64,000 nucleotides of DNA from Spirochaetia bacterium (GCA_965198005.1 CBDAOI010000002.1:32001-96000), one strand, 5' to 3'. Counted from the stretch's first letter, positions 21,590 to 31,939 are shown. The notes: generated by a model from the sequence alone, not told the origin. Program-made: numbers and translations.

Positions 21590-21888
21590 GAGGGGCGCTC
21601 CTCCATCGCCTCTCCCGCCAGGATGTCGAGCAGATCCTCGCCAAAACGATCATCCAGCACAACCGGGGAGCGGCTGCGCAGATATGCAAGGCACTCAGAG
21701 GCGCGACGACTGGTCAGCGAGGGCGGGGCGATGACGCATACGTCACGCCCTCGGCGGTGGACCACGAACCGGCCACGAGATGACTCGATCCGGTCGAGGA
21801 TCCTGGAAAAGGAGCGGCTCGCCTCTGTCGCCGACACTCGCTCTTCGCGAGGGTTGTCCGATCCAGTCTTTTCTGATTTTCTTGCCAC
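21577..21888 (-). CDS. Phd/YefM-family antitoxin
   Basis: VSATEASRSFSRILDRIE...FVVHRRGRDV; start uncertain. Confidence 0.75.
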   Translation of the reverse strand: MARKSEKTGSDNPREERVSATEASRSFSRILDRIESSRGRFVVHRRGRDVCVIAPPSLTSRRASECLAYLRSRSPVVLDDRFGEDLLDILAGEAMEERPSWGS

Positions 21889-21985
21889 AAATCTGATTGT
21901 ACAGCGGCTGCCGCAGCAAGTCACTTCAGCTCATTGCCTATCTCGAAAATGCGGCCCGCGCGAGCCGAGGTGCGGGATCGATCCC

Positions 21986-22078
21986 TCTTTCTTGGGGCCC
22001 AAACCGACGTGCGCCCGATCCACCATGGGCACCGGCGCCCGCTTGCGGGACCAGACGTCGTCCTCTCGCCCTACTCGC
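21986..22078 (+). repeat. Dispersed ~90-bp repeat, copy C
   Basis: TTGGGGCCCAAACCGACGTGCGCCCGATCCACCATGGGCACCGGCGC...GCGGGACCAGACG. Confidence 0.75.
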
Positions 22079-22280
22079 ACGCGCGACGTTGTCATCGTAT
22101 TCGGGCGCCACGAAGTGGCTGCGCGACCTTCCCTCCTCCATCGATATAACTAAACTAAACCCGGCACGCCACCTCGAATGAAGGGCTGAAGGGTGAGCTC
22201 TGGCGCAGTCGAACAGGCGCCGCGGTCACCGGTGAGCCGCGGAAGTGCAGCGTAAGCAGCCGAAGGGCGCGATGGGGGCG

Positions 22281-23234
22281 TCAGCGCGGGGTCAGGTGGC
22301 CTTTGGCAGCGGCGCCGTAGCGGCCGAGCCGGCCGCGCAGCCGCGGGTCCAGCAAGTCCCGCACCGCGTCACCGAACATGTTGAGGCTGTAGACGACCAC
22401 GGTCAGGCACAGCCCCGGCCACAACGCCAGATGAGGCGCTACCTCCATGTACCGCCGCCCCTCGCGGCTGAGCATGCCGCCCCAGCTGGGAATGTCCGGT
22501 GGCAGACCGAAGCCGAGAAAGCTCAGCGCCGCCTCCGACATGATCACCCCGCCGACGTTGATGCTGAAGATGATGATGATGGGCGCGGCGATGTTGGGCA
22601 GCACGTGGCGCAGCAGCGAGCGCCGGCGCGAGCTGCCGATCGCCTGCGCCGCCTGGAAGTAGACGTTCTCCTTGACCCCCAGCACCGCGCCGCGCACCAC
22701 CCGCGAGGCCGGGATGCCGCCCGACACCCCCAGCACGATGATGATCTGCGGCATGCCGCGGCCGGCAATCGACATGATCGTCAGCAGCAACAGCAGCCCC
22801 GGGAACGCTATCCAGGCGTCGACGAAGCGCTGCGTCACCAGGTCCAGCCGCCCGCCGATGAACCCGGTGGTGCCGCCGATCAGCACCGCCACCACGACGT
22901 TGAGCGACGTGGCGGCCAGCCCCACCGTCAGCGACAGCCGCGCCCCGTGGATGAGGCGGCTCAACAGGTCGCGCCCCACGTGGTCGGTGCCCAGCAGGTA
23001 CTGGGCCGACGGAGCCTGTAGGCGATCGCGCAGGTGGATCTCCTCGAAGCGATAGGGCGCCAGCCCATCGGCGAAGATGCTCACCAGCACCAGGAGCAGG
23101 ATGACGATGCCGCCGGCGGTGCCCAACGGCTGCTCACGCACCAGCCGGCCGAAGAACCGCCGCGCTCCGGCCTGCCCAGCCGCGCCCGCGGCCGGCTCAG
23201 CTACGGCCGGCGTCAGCTGTGATACGTCACCCAT
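22281..23234 (-). CDS. DppC/OppC-like ABC permease
   Basis: 317 aa with full motif set. Confidence 0.92.
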   Translation of the reverse strand: MGDVSQLTPAVAEPAAGAAGQAGARRFFGRLVREQPLGTAGGIVILLLVLVSIFADGLAPYRFEEIHLRDRLQAPSAQYLLGTDHVGRDLLSRLIHGARLSLTVGLAATSLNVVVAVLIGGTTGFIGGRLDLVTQRFVDAWIAFPGLLLLLTIMSIAGRGMPQIIIVLGVSGGIPASRVVRGAVLGVKENVYFQAAQAIGSSRRRSLLRHVLPNIAAPIIIIFSINVGGVIMSEAALSFLGFGLPPDIPSWGGMLSREGRRYMEVAPHLALWPGLCLTVVVYSLNMFGDAVRDLLDPRLRGRLGRYGAAAKGHLTPR

Positions 23235-23243
23235 GCGCGTGCC

Positions 23244-24200
23244 TCATTCGTAGCGAATCCGCGGGTCCAGCAACGCATACAGCAGATCGGTCACCAGGTT
23301 GACCAACACCACCACCGTGGCGAAGAACAGATTCACCGCGGACACCACCGGGTAGTCGCGGTCGTTGAGGGCGTCCAGCATCAGCCGCCCGAGCCCCGGC
23401 AGGTTGAAGATGTTCTCGATGATGACCGAGCCGCCCACCAGAATCGGCAGCTGCATGCCCACCAGCGTCACCACCGGGATGATGGCGTTCTTGACCGCGT
23501 GGCGCAGGATCACCGACCGCTCCAGCAGACCCTTGGCCCAGGCGGTGCGAATGTAGTCCTGGCGCAGCACCTCCAGCATCATGGTACGCGTCATGCGCAT
23601 GGTGCTGGCCGCCAGGTAGGTGCCCAGGATCAGGCTGGGGATGAGGAACATGCCGAGGTTGCCGAGCGGGTCCTGGGCGAACGGGATCAGCTCCATCGGT
23701 GGCGACCACGCCCACCAGATGGCGGGGTAGATCATCACCATCGTTCCCAGCCAGAAGTTGGGCGTCGCCAGCCCCATGATGGCGACCGACCGTCCGACGT
23801 AGTCGGCGGCGGTGTACTGGCGCACCGCCGAGTAGATGCCCACCGGCAGGGCGATGACCAGTCCGATGAGGATGGCCAGCAGCCCGAGCTCGGCGGTGAC
23901 CGGCAGTCGTCCCAGCATGCGCTCCTCGATGCGCCAACCGCCAAGTAGCGACTCGCCGAGCGTGCCGCGCAGCAAAATATCTCCGATCCAGCGTCCATAC
24001 TGTACGTAGACAGGCACGTCTAATCCCAGCATACGCTCAAGAGCTTCACGGTCAACATCGCCGCCCACAGACAACATACGGCTTGCCATGGCGCCGATGA
24101 CGTCGCCTGGGATGAAGCGCACCGACAGGAACACCAACACGCTCAGAATGAACAACGTGGGGATGACCAGCAGCAACCGCCGGATGATGTAGGCTCTCAT
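23244..24200 (-). CDS. DppB/OppB-like ABC permease
   Basis: 318 aa with full motif set. Confidence 0.92.
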   Translation of the reverse strand: MRAYIIRRLLLVIPTLFILSVLVFLSVRFIPGDVIGAMASRMLSVGGDVDREALERMLGLDVPVYVQYGRWIGDILLRGTLGESLLGGWRIEERMLGRLPVTAELGLLAILIGLVIALPVGIYSAVRQYTAADYVGRSVAIMGLATPNFWLGTMVMIYPAIWWAWSPPMELIPFAQDPLGNLGMFLIPSLILGTYLAASTMRMTRTMMLEVLRQDYIRTAWAKGLLERSVILRHAVKNAIIPVVTLVGMQLPILVGGSVIIENIFNLPGLGRLMLDALNDRDYPVVSAVNLFFATVVVLVNLVTDLLYALLDPRIRYE

Positions 24201-24210
24201 ATCTTCGTGA

Positions 24211-24259
24211 CAAAAAGGGCGCCGGGAAGCGCGGTCGGAACCGTTCTCCCGGTGCCCTT
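24211..24259 (-). terminator. Intrinsic terminator-like hairpin between binding-protein gene and dppB-like gene
   Basis: AAGGGCACCGGGA...TCCCGGCGCCCTT stem followed by a T-run on the minus strand. Confidence 0.55.
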
Positions 24260-24373
24260 CTCTGCGGGCAGAACGAGCGCGAAAACGCTCGCGGACCCGC
24301 TGCTAGGCGCGGTCCCGACTCGTGGAGTCGCGCAGCGACTCCCGTTTCACTCGCTCAAGGGCAATGGACTTGC

Positions 24374-26170
24374 TCAGAATCCCATTTCTTCCTTTAGATC
24401 TTGGTCAATCCAAAGGTGGATGAGGACGCTACGTTCTCCCGCAATTTCCAGCTCCCATTCTCCGTTATAACCTTTGACCCACGGCTGGGCCACCTGATAC
24501 CTTGGAGCCATAGGACTATATATCTGATTGTGGTGCTTTATTATGGCCATATCAAACTCTTTAAATGCCCTCTGCTGCTCCTCAACGGTGGTAGCGGCGA
24601 AAAAGGCTTCATAGGCGGCGGTCATCTCAGGGGTGTCGACATCGCCGCCCATGTAATGGCGGACATGTCCACCCCCACGATACCAGCCTATCAACATTGA
24701 AGGGCTAAGATTAAAGCCCATGTCGCCAAGGGTCATGTGATAAATACCGTCGTTTCTACGATTGTACCAAGTAGGCCCGTCATACATATCGATCTCTACA
24801 TCAACGCCAATCGCAGCCCAGTAGCCGACAGCTATTTCTGCATAGCCTAAATCATCGACGATGACGTGGTCATAGTTGACCTTGAATCGAACGCCGTCCG
24901 CGCCGCGCGGATATCCAGCCTCATCAAGGAGCTTCTCGGCACCTTCCGGGTCATACCTGTAGTATTGCTTGACCTCTTCGGGAAAATCTTCAAATGGGGT
25001 GTAATACTCCGGGAGGGCATACCCTATCATCCCCATGGGTTCCCACTTTGCGTAACCGCCAAAGTAGGTATCGTTAATCGTCTCGAGGTCCAGCGCCATC
25101 TGCAGTGCGTGGCGAACCCTGACGTCGTCAAAGGGCGGCTTGTGTACGTTCAGACTAAAACTCCCAACCGCTCGCATGTAATATCCGGTCACCTGGACTT
25201 CGGGGTTGGTCCGCTGGAGGCTCTTTACCACGTCGAGGGTATTTACCGCCGCCGTGCCGGCATGTATTATATCAACCTGACCCGTGCGTAGCGCCGATAG
25301 ACGTGTTGCTTCTTCTGGCATATACAGGAGCCTTAACCGATCAATATAGGGCAAGCGGTTCTCCGGGTATTTTGGGTCGTAGCCCCAGTAGTCAGGATTC
25401 TTGTCCCAGGTAATAGAGACGCCTTCGACATAGTCAGTCAGCATAATGGACCCGGTGCCGACCACGTTCCTCCAATCCGCATAGTCGCCGTATTGCTCAA
25501 TTACCTCGGGGGGTAATATCCAACCCTGTATGTCGCTGAGGATAGCCTTCAGCGCACCGAGGTATGGCTCCTTCAGCTTGAAAACAACCGTATATTTGTC
25601 GGTGGCCTCTATCGATTCCCATGGCAGGTTGATCACCTCGTAAGTCTTGAGGGGACGTTCGGTGAAGTCGCCCTGAACGGTATTACGCTGAAAGGTATAC
25701 ACGACATCATCGGCAGTTAGCTCCCGACCGTTCATCGGTGGCTTATCATGCCAGTGAACGCCCGGGCGGATGTGGACGACGATCGTTGTGTCGTCGGGCT
25801 GCTCCCAGCTTTCCGCCAGACTCCCTGTAGTGGCAACAGTGGGATAGCTGAAATTGGTTGTAAAGTCCCACAGGTCCCTATCTATTGACCAGTCCCCCCA
25901 GGCGAGCTTCTCATTAACGCTACCAATGAAACGGGTCGCAGGGTGGCCAGTAATAAAGGGGTCAGTAGTCTCGGCCTTTGATAGGTCGGGATAGGTTAAT
26001 GTCCCGCCATACTCGGGCGCGGTCACCACCTTGCCGGTGGCGGGGTCGGTCACATAATTCTTGTCGGCAGCGGCTGCCGGCGCCTCTTCTGCGCCGGTGG
26101 CCCACAGGCCGGCTGCGGTCAGGGCGAATCCAATCAGGATCGCCACGCTCTTTTTTACCATATTGGTCAT
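24374..26170 (-). CDS. Family-5 ABC substrate-binding protein
   Basis: 598 aa, LWATG signal, complete motif set. Confidence 0.92.
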   Translation of the reverse strand: MTNMVKKSVAILIGFALTAAGLWATGAEEAPAAAADKNYVTDPATGKVVTAPEYGGTLTYPDLSKAETTDPFITGHPATRFIGSVNEKLAWGDWSIDRDLWDFTTNFSYPTVATTGSLAESWEQPDDTTIVVHIRPGVHWHDKPPMNGRELTADDVVYTFQRNTVQGDFTERPLKTYEVINLPWESIEATDKYTVVFKLKEPYLGALKAILSDIQGWILPPEVIEQYGDYADWRNVVGTGSIMLTDYVEGVSITWDKNPDYWGYDPKYPENRLPYIDRLRLLYMPEEATRLSALRTGQVDIIHAGTAAVNTLDVVKSLQRTNPEVQVTGYYMRAVGSFSLNVHKPPFDDVRVRHALQMALDLETINDTYFGGYAKWEPMGMIGYALPEYYTPFEDFPEEVKQYYRYDPEGAEKLLDEAGYPRGADGVRFKVNYDHVIVDDLGYAEIAVGYWAAIGVDVEIDMYDGPTWYNRRNDGIYHMTLGDMGFNLSPSMLIGWYRGGGHVRHYMGGDVDTPEMTAAYEAFFAATTVEEQQRAFKEFDMAIIKHHNQIYSPMAPRYQVAQPWVKGYNGEWELEIAGERSVLIHLWIDQDLKEEMGF

Positions 26171-26307
26171 GGTTCTCTACCTCACATCAAATAATTGTTG
26201 AGAGCACTGATTCCACTGCCGGCCCCTCGCCACGCTCGCCTGCGAGCGCACTCTCATAAGCGAGGGCGACACTTTTAGCGGCCGAGGCCGCTCGGTCCCG
26301 AGCCGCG

Positions 26308-26328
26308 TTAGTCGTACGGAGATTTCAT
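26308..26328 (-). CDS. Putative leader peptide MKSPYD
   Basis: AGGAGG 6 nt upstream; ends TAC GAC TAA, 138 nt before the binding-protein start. Confidence 0.55.
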   Translation of the reverse strand: MKSPYD

Positions 26329-26710
26329 CTCTTGCCTCCTTTGACCTGGGCATGCCGCACAACACCACGCGGGGTGGGGGTGCGGGCCCCTTGAGCGAGT
26401 GGACTCGTGGGGTTTGCGGCCAACAGGGTTGGCCGTTAGACGCGCGGACGCGTTGCGGCCGACGCGGTCGGCCGTTGGGCGCATGGATGCGTGGCGGCTG
26501 GGTGCCACGCAGATCGATGGTGCCGCGCTCAGCACCGGCGCCGGGCGGTCGGCTGGGCCGGGTCATGTCGTTACCCATACACCTGCAGCTTAGACCAGCG
26601 CGAGGTATGTAGCAAGCGCTTCGGGCTGCGCTGCGTGGCAGCCTCATCGCCCGCCGCGCGACTGCTAGCCGGGGGCTGGGGTGGAGCGCGTGGGTCCCCA
26701 TACGCGGACT

Positions 26711-26739
26711 ACTATAGCCGGCCGCCCGGGTTATGGCAA
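26711..26739 (-). promoter_or_regulatory. Sigma70-like promoter TTGCCA-17-TATAGT
   Basis: Exact 17-nt spacer; spacer sequence conserved with the 18333 copy. Confidence 0.6.
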
Positions 26740-26751
26740 GCACTTCCCTGG

Positions 26752-26842
26752 AGGCACCGACAGCACGGTCGTCTGGTCCCGCACACACGCGCCCGTGCCC
26801 ATGGTGGATCGGGCGCACTTCAGTTGGGGCCCCAAAAAAAGA
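26752..26842 (-). repeat. Dispersed ~90-bp repeat, copy D (inverted)
   Basis: Reverse complement TTTTGGGGCCCCAACTGAAGTGCGCCCGATCCACCATGGGCACGGGCGC...GCGGGACCAGACG. Confidence 0.75.
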
Positions 26843-26915
26843 GCAACTTGCGCGTGCTGTGCTTGGAGCTCGGAAGTGTGGGCTGCAACGATGCTTCAGA
26901 GTAAACTTCCGAGTG

Positions 26916-27917
26916 ATGGACCTCGTCGAGATGCTACGCAGGCCCGAGGGCAAGAACCTGGAGTTCAAGCGCGACCTCTCCTCGCCGGAAGGGTTTCTGC
27001 GCACGCTCGTTGCGTTTGCCAACACGGCCGGGGGCACCACTCTCATCGGTGTCGAGGATCGAACCGGCCATGTCCGTGGCGTGAGTGAGCCGCTGGACAT
27101 GGAGGAACGCGTAACCAATCTGATCAGCGACTCCATCCGGCCGCGGCTCCTGCCGGATGTGCAGATCCTCAGTTACCGCAACACGCTGATCTTGGCGGTC
27201 GAGGTCTATCCGAGCCCGGCTCGGCCTCACTTCATCGCCCGCGCCGGCCCCATGGCCGGCTGCTACGTGCGTGTCGGTTCCAGCAACCGTTTGGCGGATG
27301 CGGCTCTGATTGCTGAAATGAGACGCTTCGCCAGTGGCGAGACCTTCGACGAGGGGCCGCTGCCGGCCCTCGACTCGGAAGCCATCGACTTCCGAGCTGC
27401 TTCCGAGTTGTTTGCCCCGGTACGGAGGCTGACGCGCCGCAACCTCGAAACCCTCAGGCTCCTGACCTCGCACCAGGGTCGCATGGTCCCGACCGTCGGC
27501 GGCGTGCTGCTATTCGGGGTGGATCGACTTGCCCATTTCCCCGACGCATGGGTTCAAGCCGGCCGGTTCACGGGAACCGACAGATCGACCATTCGCGACC
27601 AGATCGACCTCAAGATGTCGCTGCCCCACGCGATTGAGGAAGCGATCGCGTTCGTGAGCAAGCATGCGCTGCGCGGCGCCGACATTGGCCCAGTGCGCCG
27701 GCGGGACCGGTGGAACCTGCCCCCGGCCGCGGTCCGCGAAGCGATCGTCAACGCGGTCGCCCACGCGGACTACTCGCAACGCGGTGCGCCGATCCGAGTC
27801 GCGATCTTCGACGATCGGCTGGAGGTGGAGAATCCGGGCCTGTTGCCGTTCGGGATCACGCTCGACGATCTGCCGCTCGGTATCTCAAAGCTGCGTAACC
27901 GGACGAATCACGGGTAG
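26916..27917 (+). pseudogene. AlbA_2 + HATPase_c_4 (RecG-like ATP-binding) protein, C-terminally truncated
   Basis: EGKNLEFKR, YVRVGSSN, REAIVNAVAHADY, RLEVENPG, ends abruptly at SKLRNR. Confidence 0.8.
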
Positions 27918-27924
27918 TCACCTC

Positions 27925-28469
27925 AACCACACCAGCACCAGGATCAGGATGACGATGCCGCCGGCGGTGCCCAGCGGCTGCTCGCGGACCAGCCGGCCGA
28001 AGAACCGCCGCGGTCCAGCCTGCCCAGCCGCAGCCGCCCCGGCGGCGGGCTCGGCGACGGCCGGCGTCAGCGGTGATACGTCACCCATGGGCGTGCCTCA
28101 TTCGTACCGAATCCGCGGGTCCAGCGACGCGTACAGCAGGATGGCCAGCAGCCCGAGCTCGGCGGTGACCGGGAGTCGTCCCAGCATGCGCTCCTCGATC
28201 CGCCAACCGCCCAGCAGCGACTCGCCGAGGGTGCCGCGCAGGAGGATGCCGCCGATCCAGCGGCCGTACTGCACGTGGATCGGCAGGTCCAGACCGAGCC
28301 GCTGTTCGATGGCCGCGCGGTCGAGCTGGCCGCCCACGAATAGCGTGCGACTGGCCATGATGTCGATGACGTCGCCGGGGATGAAGCGGACGGACAGGAA
28401 CACCAACACGCTCAAGATGAACAGGGTCGGGACGACCAGCAGCAGCCGCCGGATGATGTAGGCTCTCAT
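27925..28469 (-). pseudogene. Collapsed dppB (in-frame deletion, 28098-28469) and dppC N-terminal stub (27925-28088)
   Basis: Close copy of 22281-24200; ELGLLAIL joined directly to LYASLDPRIRYE. Confidence 0.85.
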
Positions 28470-28580
28470 GACGCAGTCACCACGACCCGGCCCCTCCCAC
28501 CCTGGGATGGGTGAGAGGGACAAACCGGCTCGTCGAGTCGCGCAGCGACTCCTATTTCACTCGCCCAAAGGGCGATTGAA

Positions 28581-30026
28581 TCAGAACCCCATTTCTCGCT
28601 TCAGATCCTGGTCGATCCAGAGGCGGGCGAGGATGGGATGATACGTCAGGTCTCCCAGCGAGAATTCACCGTTATAGCCCTTGACCCACGGATTGTTCGC
28701 CTGAAACTGTGGAGCCAGAGGACCCCAAATCTGCATGTGTTGCTCGATCGCGAACATATTATACGCTTGCGCTGCCTCCGCCTGCTCCTCCAAGGTCGCA
28801 GCAGCGTAAAAGGCATCGGAGGCCGCGTCCATCACGGAGGTGTCGATTGCGCATGGGTCGCTACAGGCCAGGTATTCGCGGATAAACGGATTGCTATCGC
28901 GATGAACTTGCATGGCCCACACAGCGTTCGGTTGGGCCATGTCGCCACCGCTCATCTCATACGTGGTATCTGCTTTGGTAGCCACCCAGGTCCCTGTGTC
29001 TATAACACTAGTCGTTACATCAACGCCAATATCAGCCCAGTAGCCCACAGCTATTTCCGTATAGCCCAAATCGTAGGCATCTCGGTGCAACAATTCTGCC
29101 GTGAATCGGATTCCGTCCGCTCCGCGCGGATAGCCGGCCTCATCCAGGAGTTTCCCGGCACCTTCCAGGTCATACGTGTAATAGCCCTTCAGCTCTGCCG
29201 GCCACTCTTCAAATGGAGTGTGATGCCCCGGGAACTTCTCGTCGTCTTTCCAGTAGTTGGGGTTCTTTACCCAGGTCAGAGAGGCGGCCTCGACCCAGTC
29301 AGTCAGCATCCAGGGCCCGGTGCCGACTATCGTCCGCCAATCCTCAGCGTTGCCGTGTTCCTCGATTATCTCGGGGGGGTATACAATACCATGGCAATCC
29401 CCGAGGAGAAACCCCAGCGCACGGAGGTCCGGCTGGCTCAGCTTGATTTCAACCGTCCATTTGTCGGTCGCTGTTACCGATTCGATTGGCAACGTCAGGA
29501 CACCCCACGTCTGGGGGGAAGGTTCAGTGAAGCCGCTGCCAAGACCCAACAAACGATGAAAGTTATATTCCACATCCTGGGCAGTTAGCTCCCGCCCGTT
29601 CACCGGCTCCTTATCGTGATAGTGAACGCCCTGGCGGATGTTGAAAACAATCGTTGTGTCGTCGGGCGTTTCCCAGCTTTCCGCCAGGTGCCCTCTGAAG
29701 AGCCATGGAGCGTTCTGATCACTTGTCAAGTCGTACACGTCCCTATCTATTGCCCAGTCATGGATGGCTAGCCCCTCTACAACGCCACTGACGGCCACTT
29801 GAGCCCCGTGCCATATGTAGGTGTCAGTGTGCGTAAGCGGCGTCTCCAGGGCATAGGTGATTGTCCCGCCATACTGGGGCTTGAGCACCTGTTTGCCGGT
29901 GGATGGGTCGGTCACGTACTCCTTCTCGGCCGCCGCGGCCGAGTCGTCATCGCTGTCGCCGCTGGCGAACGTAACGGTAGCCACCAGCGCGAACGCCAGT
30001 GCCAAAGAAATAAATCGAAGAGCCAT
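28581..30026 (-). CDS. Family-5 binding protein with in-frame internal deletion (possible pseudogene)
   Basis: KDDEKFPG jumps to HHTPFEEWP; LPYID...VRHAL segment absent. Confidence 0.82.
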   Translation of the reverse strand: MALRFISLALAFALVATVTFASGDSDDDSAAAAEKEYVTDPSTGKQVLKPQYGGTITYALETPLTHTDTYIWHGAQVAVSGVVEGLAIHDWAIDRDVYDLTSDQNAPWLFRGHLAESWETPDDTTIVFNIRQGVHYHDKEPVNGRELTAQDVEYNFHRLLGLGSGFTEPSPQTWGVLTLPIESVTATDKWTVEIKLSQPDLRALGFLLGDCHGIVYPPEIIEEHGNAEDWRTIVGTGPWMLTDWVEAASLTWVKNPNYWKDDEKFPGHHTPFEEWPAELKGYYTYDLEGAGKLLDEAGYPRGADGIRFTAELLHRDAYDLGYTEIAVGYWADIGVDVTTSVIDTGTWVATKADTTYEMSGGDMAQPNAVWAMQVHRDSNPFIREYLACSDPCAIDTSVMDAASDAFYAAATLEEQAEAAQAYNMFAIEQHMQIWGPLAPQFQANNPWVKGYNGEFSLGDLTYHPILARLWIDQDLKREMGF

Positions 30027-30297
30027 AGTGCTCCCCCTTGTATCGGGATCTCGGGTCTGCGACCCGTAGCCCGGGGTTTTGCTTGCGCCGGTAACACCGG
30101 CTTCCTTGCATGATGGTGGTGGTGTCGCCCCACGGCGTGTGGCGGCCGGCGCCGAGCCGGCGGCCGCACGGGAGTGAGGGACGTTGGGTGTGGACGTCTA
30201 CGGGAGCCGCTCCGCGGTCGACGCCAGCGGCGGCGAAGGAATCGAGGGCGCGGCCAGGCGCGCCGACAGGGCTTTCTAGTAGGCTGCCTGCAATTCT

Positions 30298-30530
30298 GGG
30301 GGGGGGAGGGACTCCTCACCATTAAGCAAGCCCGCCGCGAGCTGATTTTCAGCAATTCTCGGCGAGCGGCTGTCAGGGGAACAGAGCGTCATAAGCGTTG
30401 ACGTGTTATAGGTCACTCAAGCCCTCCGCAGGTGAGGCACAGCCATACCCGGATGTAGCGGCGATTGACTGCATCCACCCTATGATAACCTCCATTCCCA
30501 TGGACGCCAACCACGAATCGGCCCAGCCGG
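30298..30530. repeat. ~230-bp repeat, also at 48533-48780 and partially at 3943-4006
   Basis: G-run-ACTCCTCACCATTAAGCAAG...GTCATAAGCGTTGACGTGTTATAGGTCACTCAAGCCCTCCGCAGGTGAGG...CACGAATCGGCCCAGC. Confidence 0.85.
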
Positions 30531-30539
30531 CCCAACTGC

Positions 30540-30735
30540 CGAGGTCCTCTCGAGGCGGCGCCGACGCTTGGCCGAGCACCGCACGCAGAGCGGCCTCAAG
30601 ATCGTCGACCATGGCGAGTTCCCGCTCGATCGGGCGAATCACCTCCGCGCGCATCCACAGACCGCGGGTGGCACACAGCAGCTTGAAGCGGCGATGCAGG
30701 GGGTCGGGGAGAGCGCGTACGGAGAGGGTTGCCAT
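30540..30735 (-). pseudogene. Arc/FitA-like RHH antitoxin reading into the repeat
   Basis: MATLSVRALPDPLHRRFKLLCA... Confidence 0.55.
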
Positions 30736-30932
30736 CAGAGCGATACCAACATGGCTAACGTAGCTAACGCAATGAGCCGAATGAGCCGCCCAGGCCGCCA
30801 GCAGGGGCGAATGGCCGCTCCGAGGGCCAGCACACCGGCTGCGTCACCGCGAACCGGTGCCAGAGCTGGGAAGTATCGTCACGCATCACCGTGCCCATGA
30901 GAAACGTAGCCTACCACACACGCGGCACACAG

Positions 30933-31110
30933 TCAAGCTCCGATCATAGCCAGCACAAGCGCAACGCTGCCGAGGTGAAACGCGGTCTCGGCCAGCACTG
31001 CTTCGCACGTGAGGCATGGCGGGGAGACTCGCCGCGCCACACTGACGGCCCAATCGTGGTGGACGTCGCGGGCATTGGCGAATGCTACCAGGAAGCCGGT
31101 ATCGGCGACC
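30933..31110 (-). pseudogene. PIN-domain toxin fragment
   Basis: VADTGFLVAF..ARDVHHDWA...LTCEAVLAETAF. Confidence 0.7.
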
Positions 31111-31211
31111 TCACGGCATCGTGTCGCTCGCACTTGGCTAACGGCTAACGCCAACAAGACCGGTCATCTACAGTCGGCCATCAGCACCTGGGCGAAGCTC
31201 ATATTGACCCT

Positions 31212-31240
31212 TTGACGTTCTTAGCGTTATCCGATATAAT
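31212..31240 (+). promoter_or_regulatory. Consensus sigma70 promoter TTGACG-17-TATAAT for higBA (likely leaderless)
   Basis: Seen directly; GTG start 8 nt downstream. Confidence 0.8.
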
Positions 31241-31247
31241 GTGATCC

Positions 31248-31542
31248 GTGATACGGTCGTTCCGTGACCGCAGGTACTGCAGATGTGTTTGACGGAACTG
31301 ACTCCGTCGCGGCGCGGAGGACCTGTCCGAGAGTTGTTTGGCCGGTGGCGCGGCGTAAGCTGGATCAGATAAATCGAGTCAGCGACATTCGAGAACTGGC
31401 CGTCCCGCCGGGGAATCGATTGGAACGATTGCGCGGGTCTCGCTCAGGGCAGTACAGCATCAGGATCAACGACCAGTACCGAATCTGTTTCCGTTGGGAG
31501 GCCGGCTATGCCGACGAGGTTGGAATCGCAGACTACCACTGA
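31248..31542 (+). pseudogene. higB: HigB (RelE/ParE-type) toxin, frameshifted after MIRSFR
   Basis: GTG ATA CGG TCG TTC CGT is 1 nt out of frame with TAGTADVF...PPGNRLERL..GQYSIRINDQYRICF...DYH. Confidence 0.78.
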
Positions 31543-31585
31543 ACCGCGCCATGCCCGGCGAACCACCACTGACGACAGTCGACTG

Positions 31586-31900
31586 GTGACGAAGCGGCTC
31601 CCTGGAGGCAGGCCCCCGACTCACCCCGGGGAGATGCTTCTGGAGGAGTTCCTGAAGCCTCTCGGCGTGAGTCAGTCGGCGTGTGCCATCCAACTGGGTG
31701 TATCATTTCCCCGCCTGAATGAGATTATCCGTGGCCGGCGCAGCGTGACGCCCGACACGGCGTTGCGACTGGAACGGGTAGTCGGCATGTCCGCGGACTT
31801 CTGGCTCGGGCTACAGCAGGATTGGGATCTCTGGCATGCCATGAGGAGTGACAAGGCGGCAGCAATTACGGAACTGAAGCCACTCCGGCCACCGCCATAG
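31586..31900 (+). CDS. higA: HigA antitoxin (Xre HTH)
   Basis: PTHPGEMLLEEFLKPLG...RLNEIIRGRRSVTPDTALRL...FWLGLQ. Confidence 0.88.
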   Translation: MTKRLPGGRPPTHPGEMLLEEFLKPLGVSQSACAIQLGVSFPRLNEIIRGRRSVTPDTALRLERVVGMSADFWLGLQQDWDLWHAMRSDKAAAITELKPLRPPP

Positions 31901-31939
31901 GCCTACTGGCAGCCACCTTCATCTCCCCGTATCTAGGCA

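Noticed and set aside
30110-30135. His-rich attenuator peptide (GRHHHHH) in the duplicated SBP leader, also at ~43195-43216
   Set aside because: No Shine-Dalgarno and no nearby stop; the frame runs into the SBP gene
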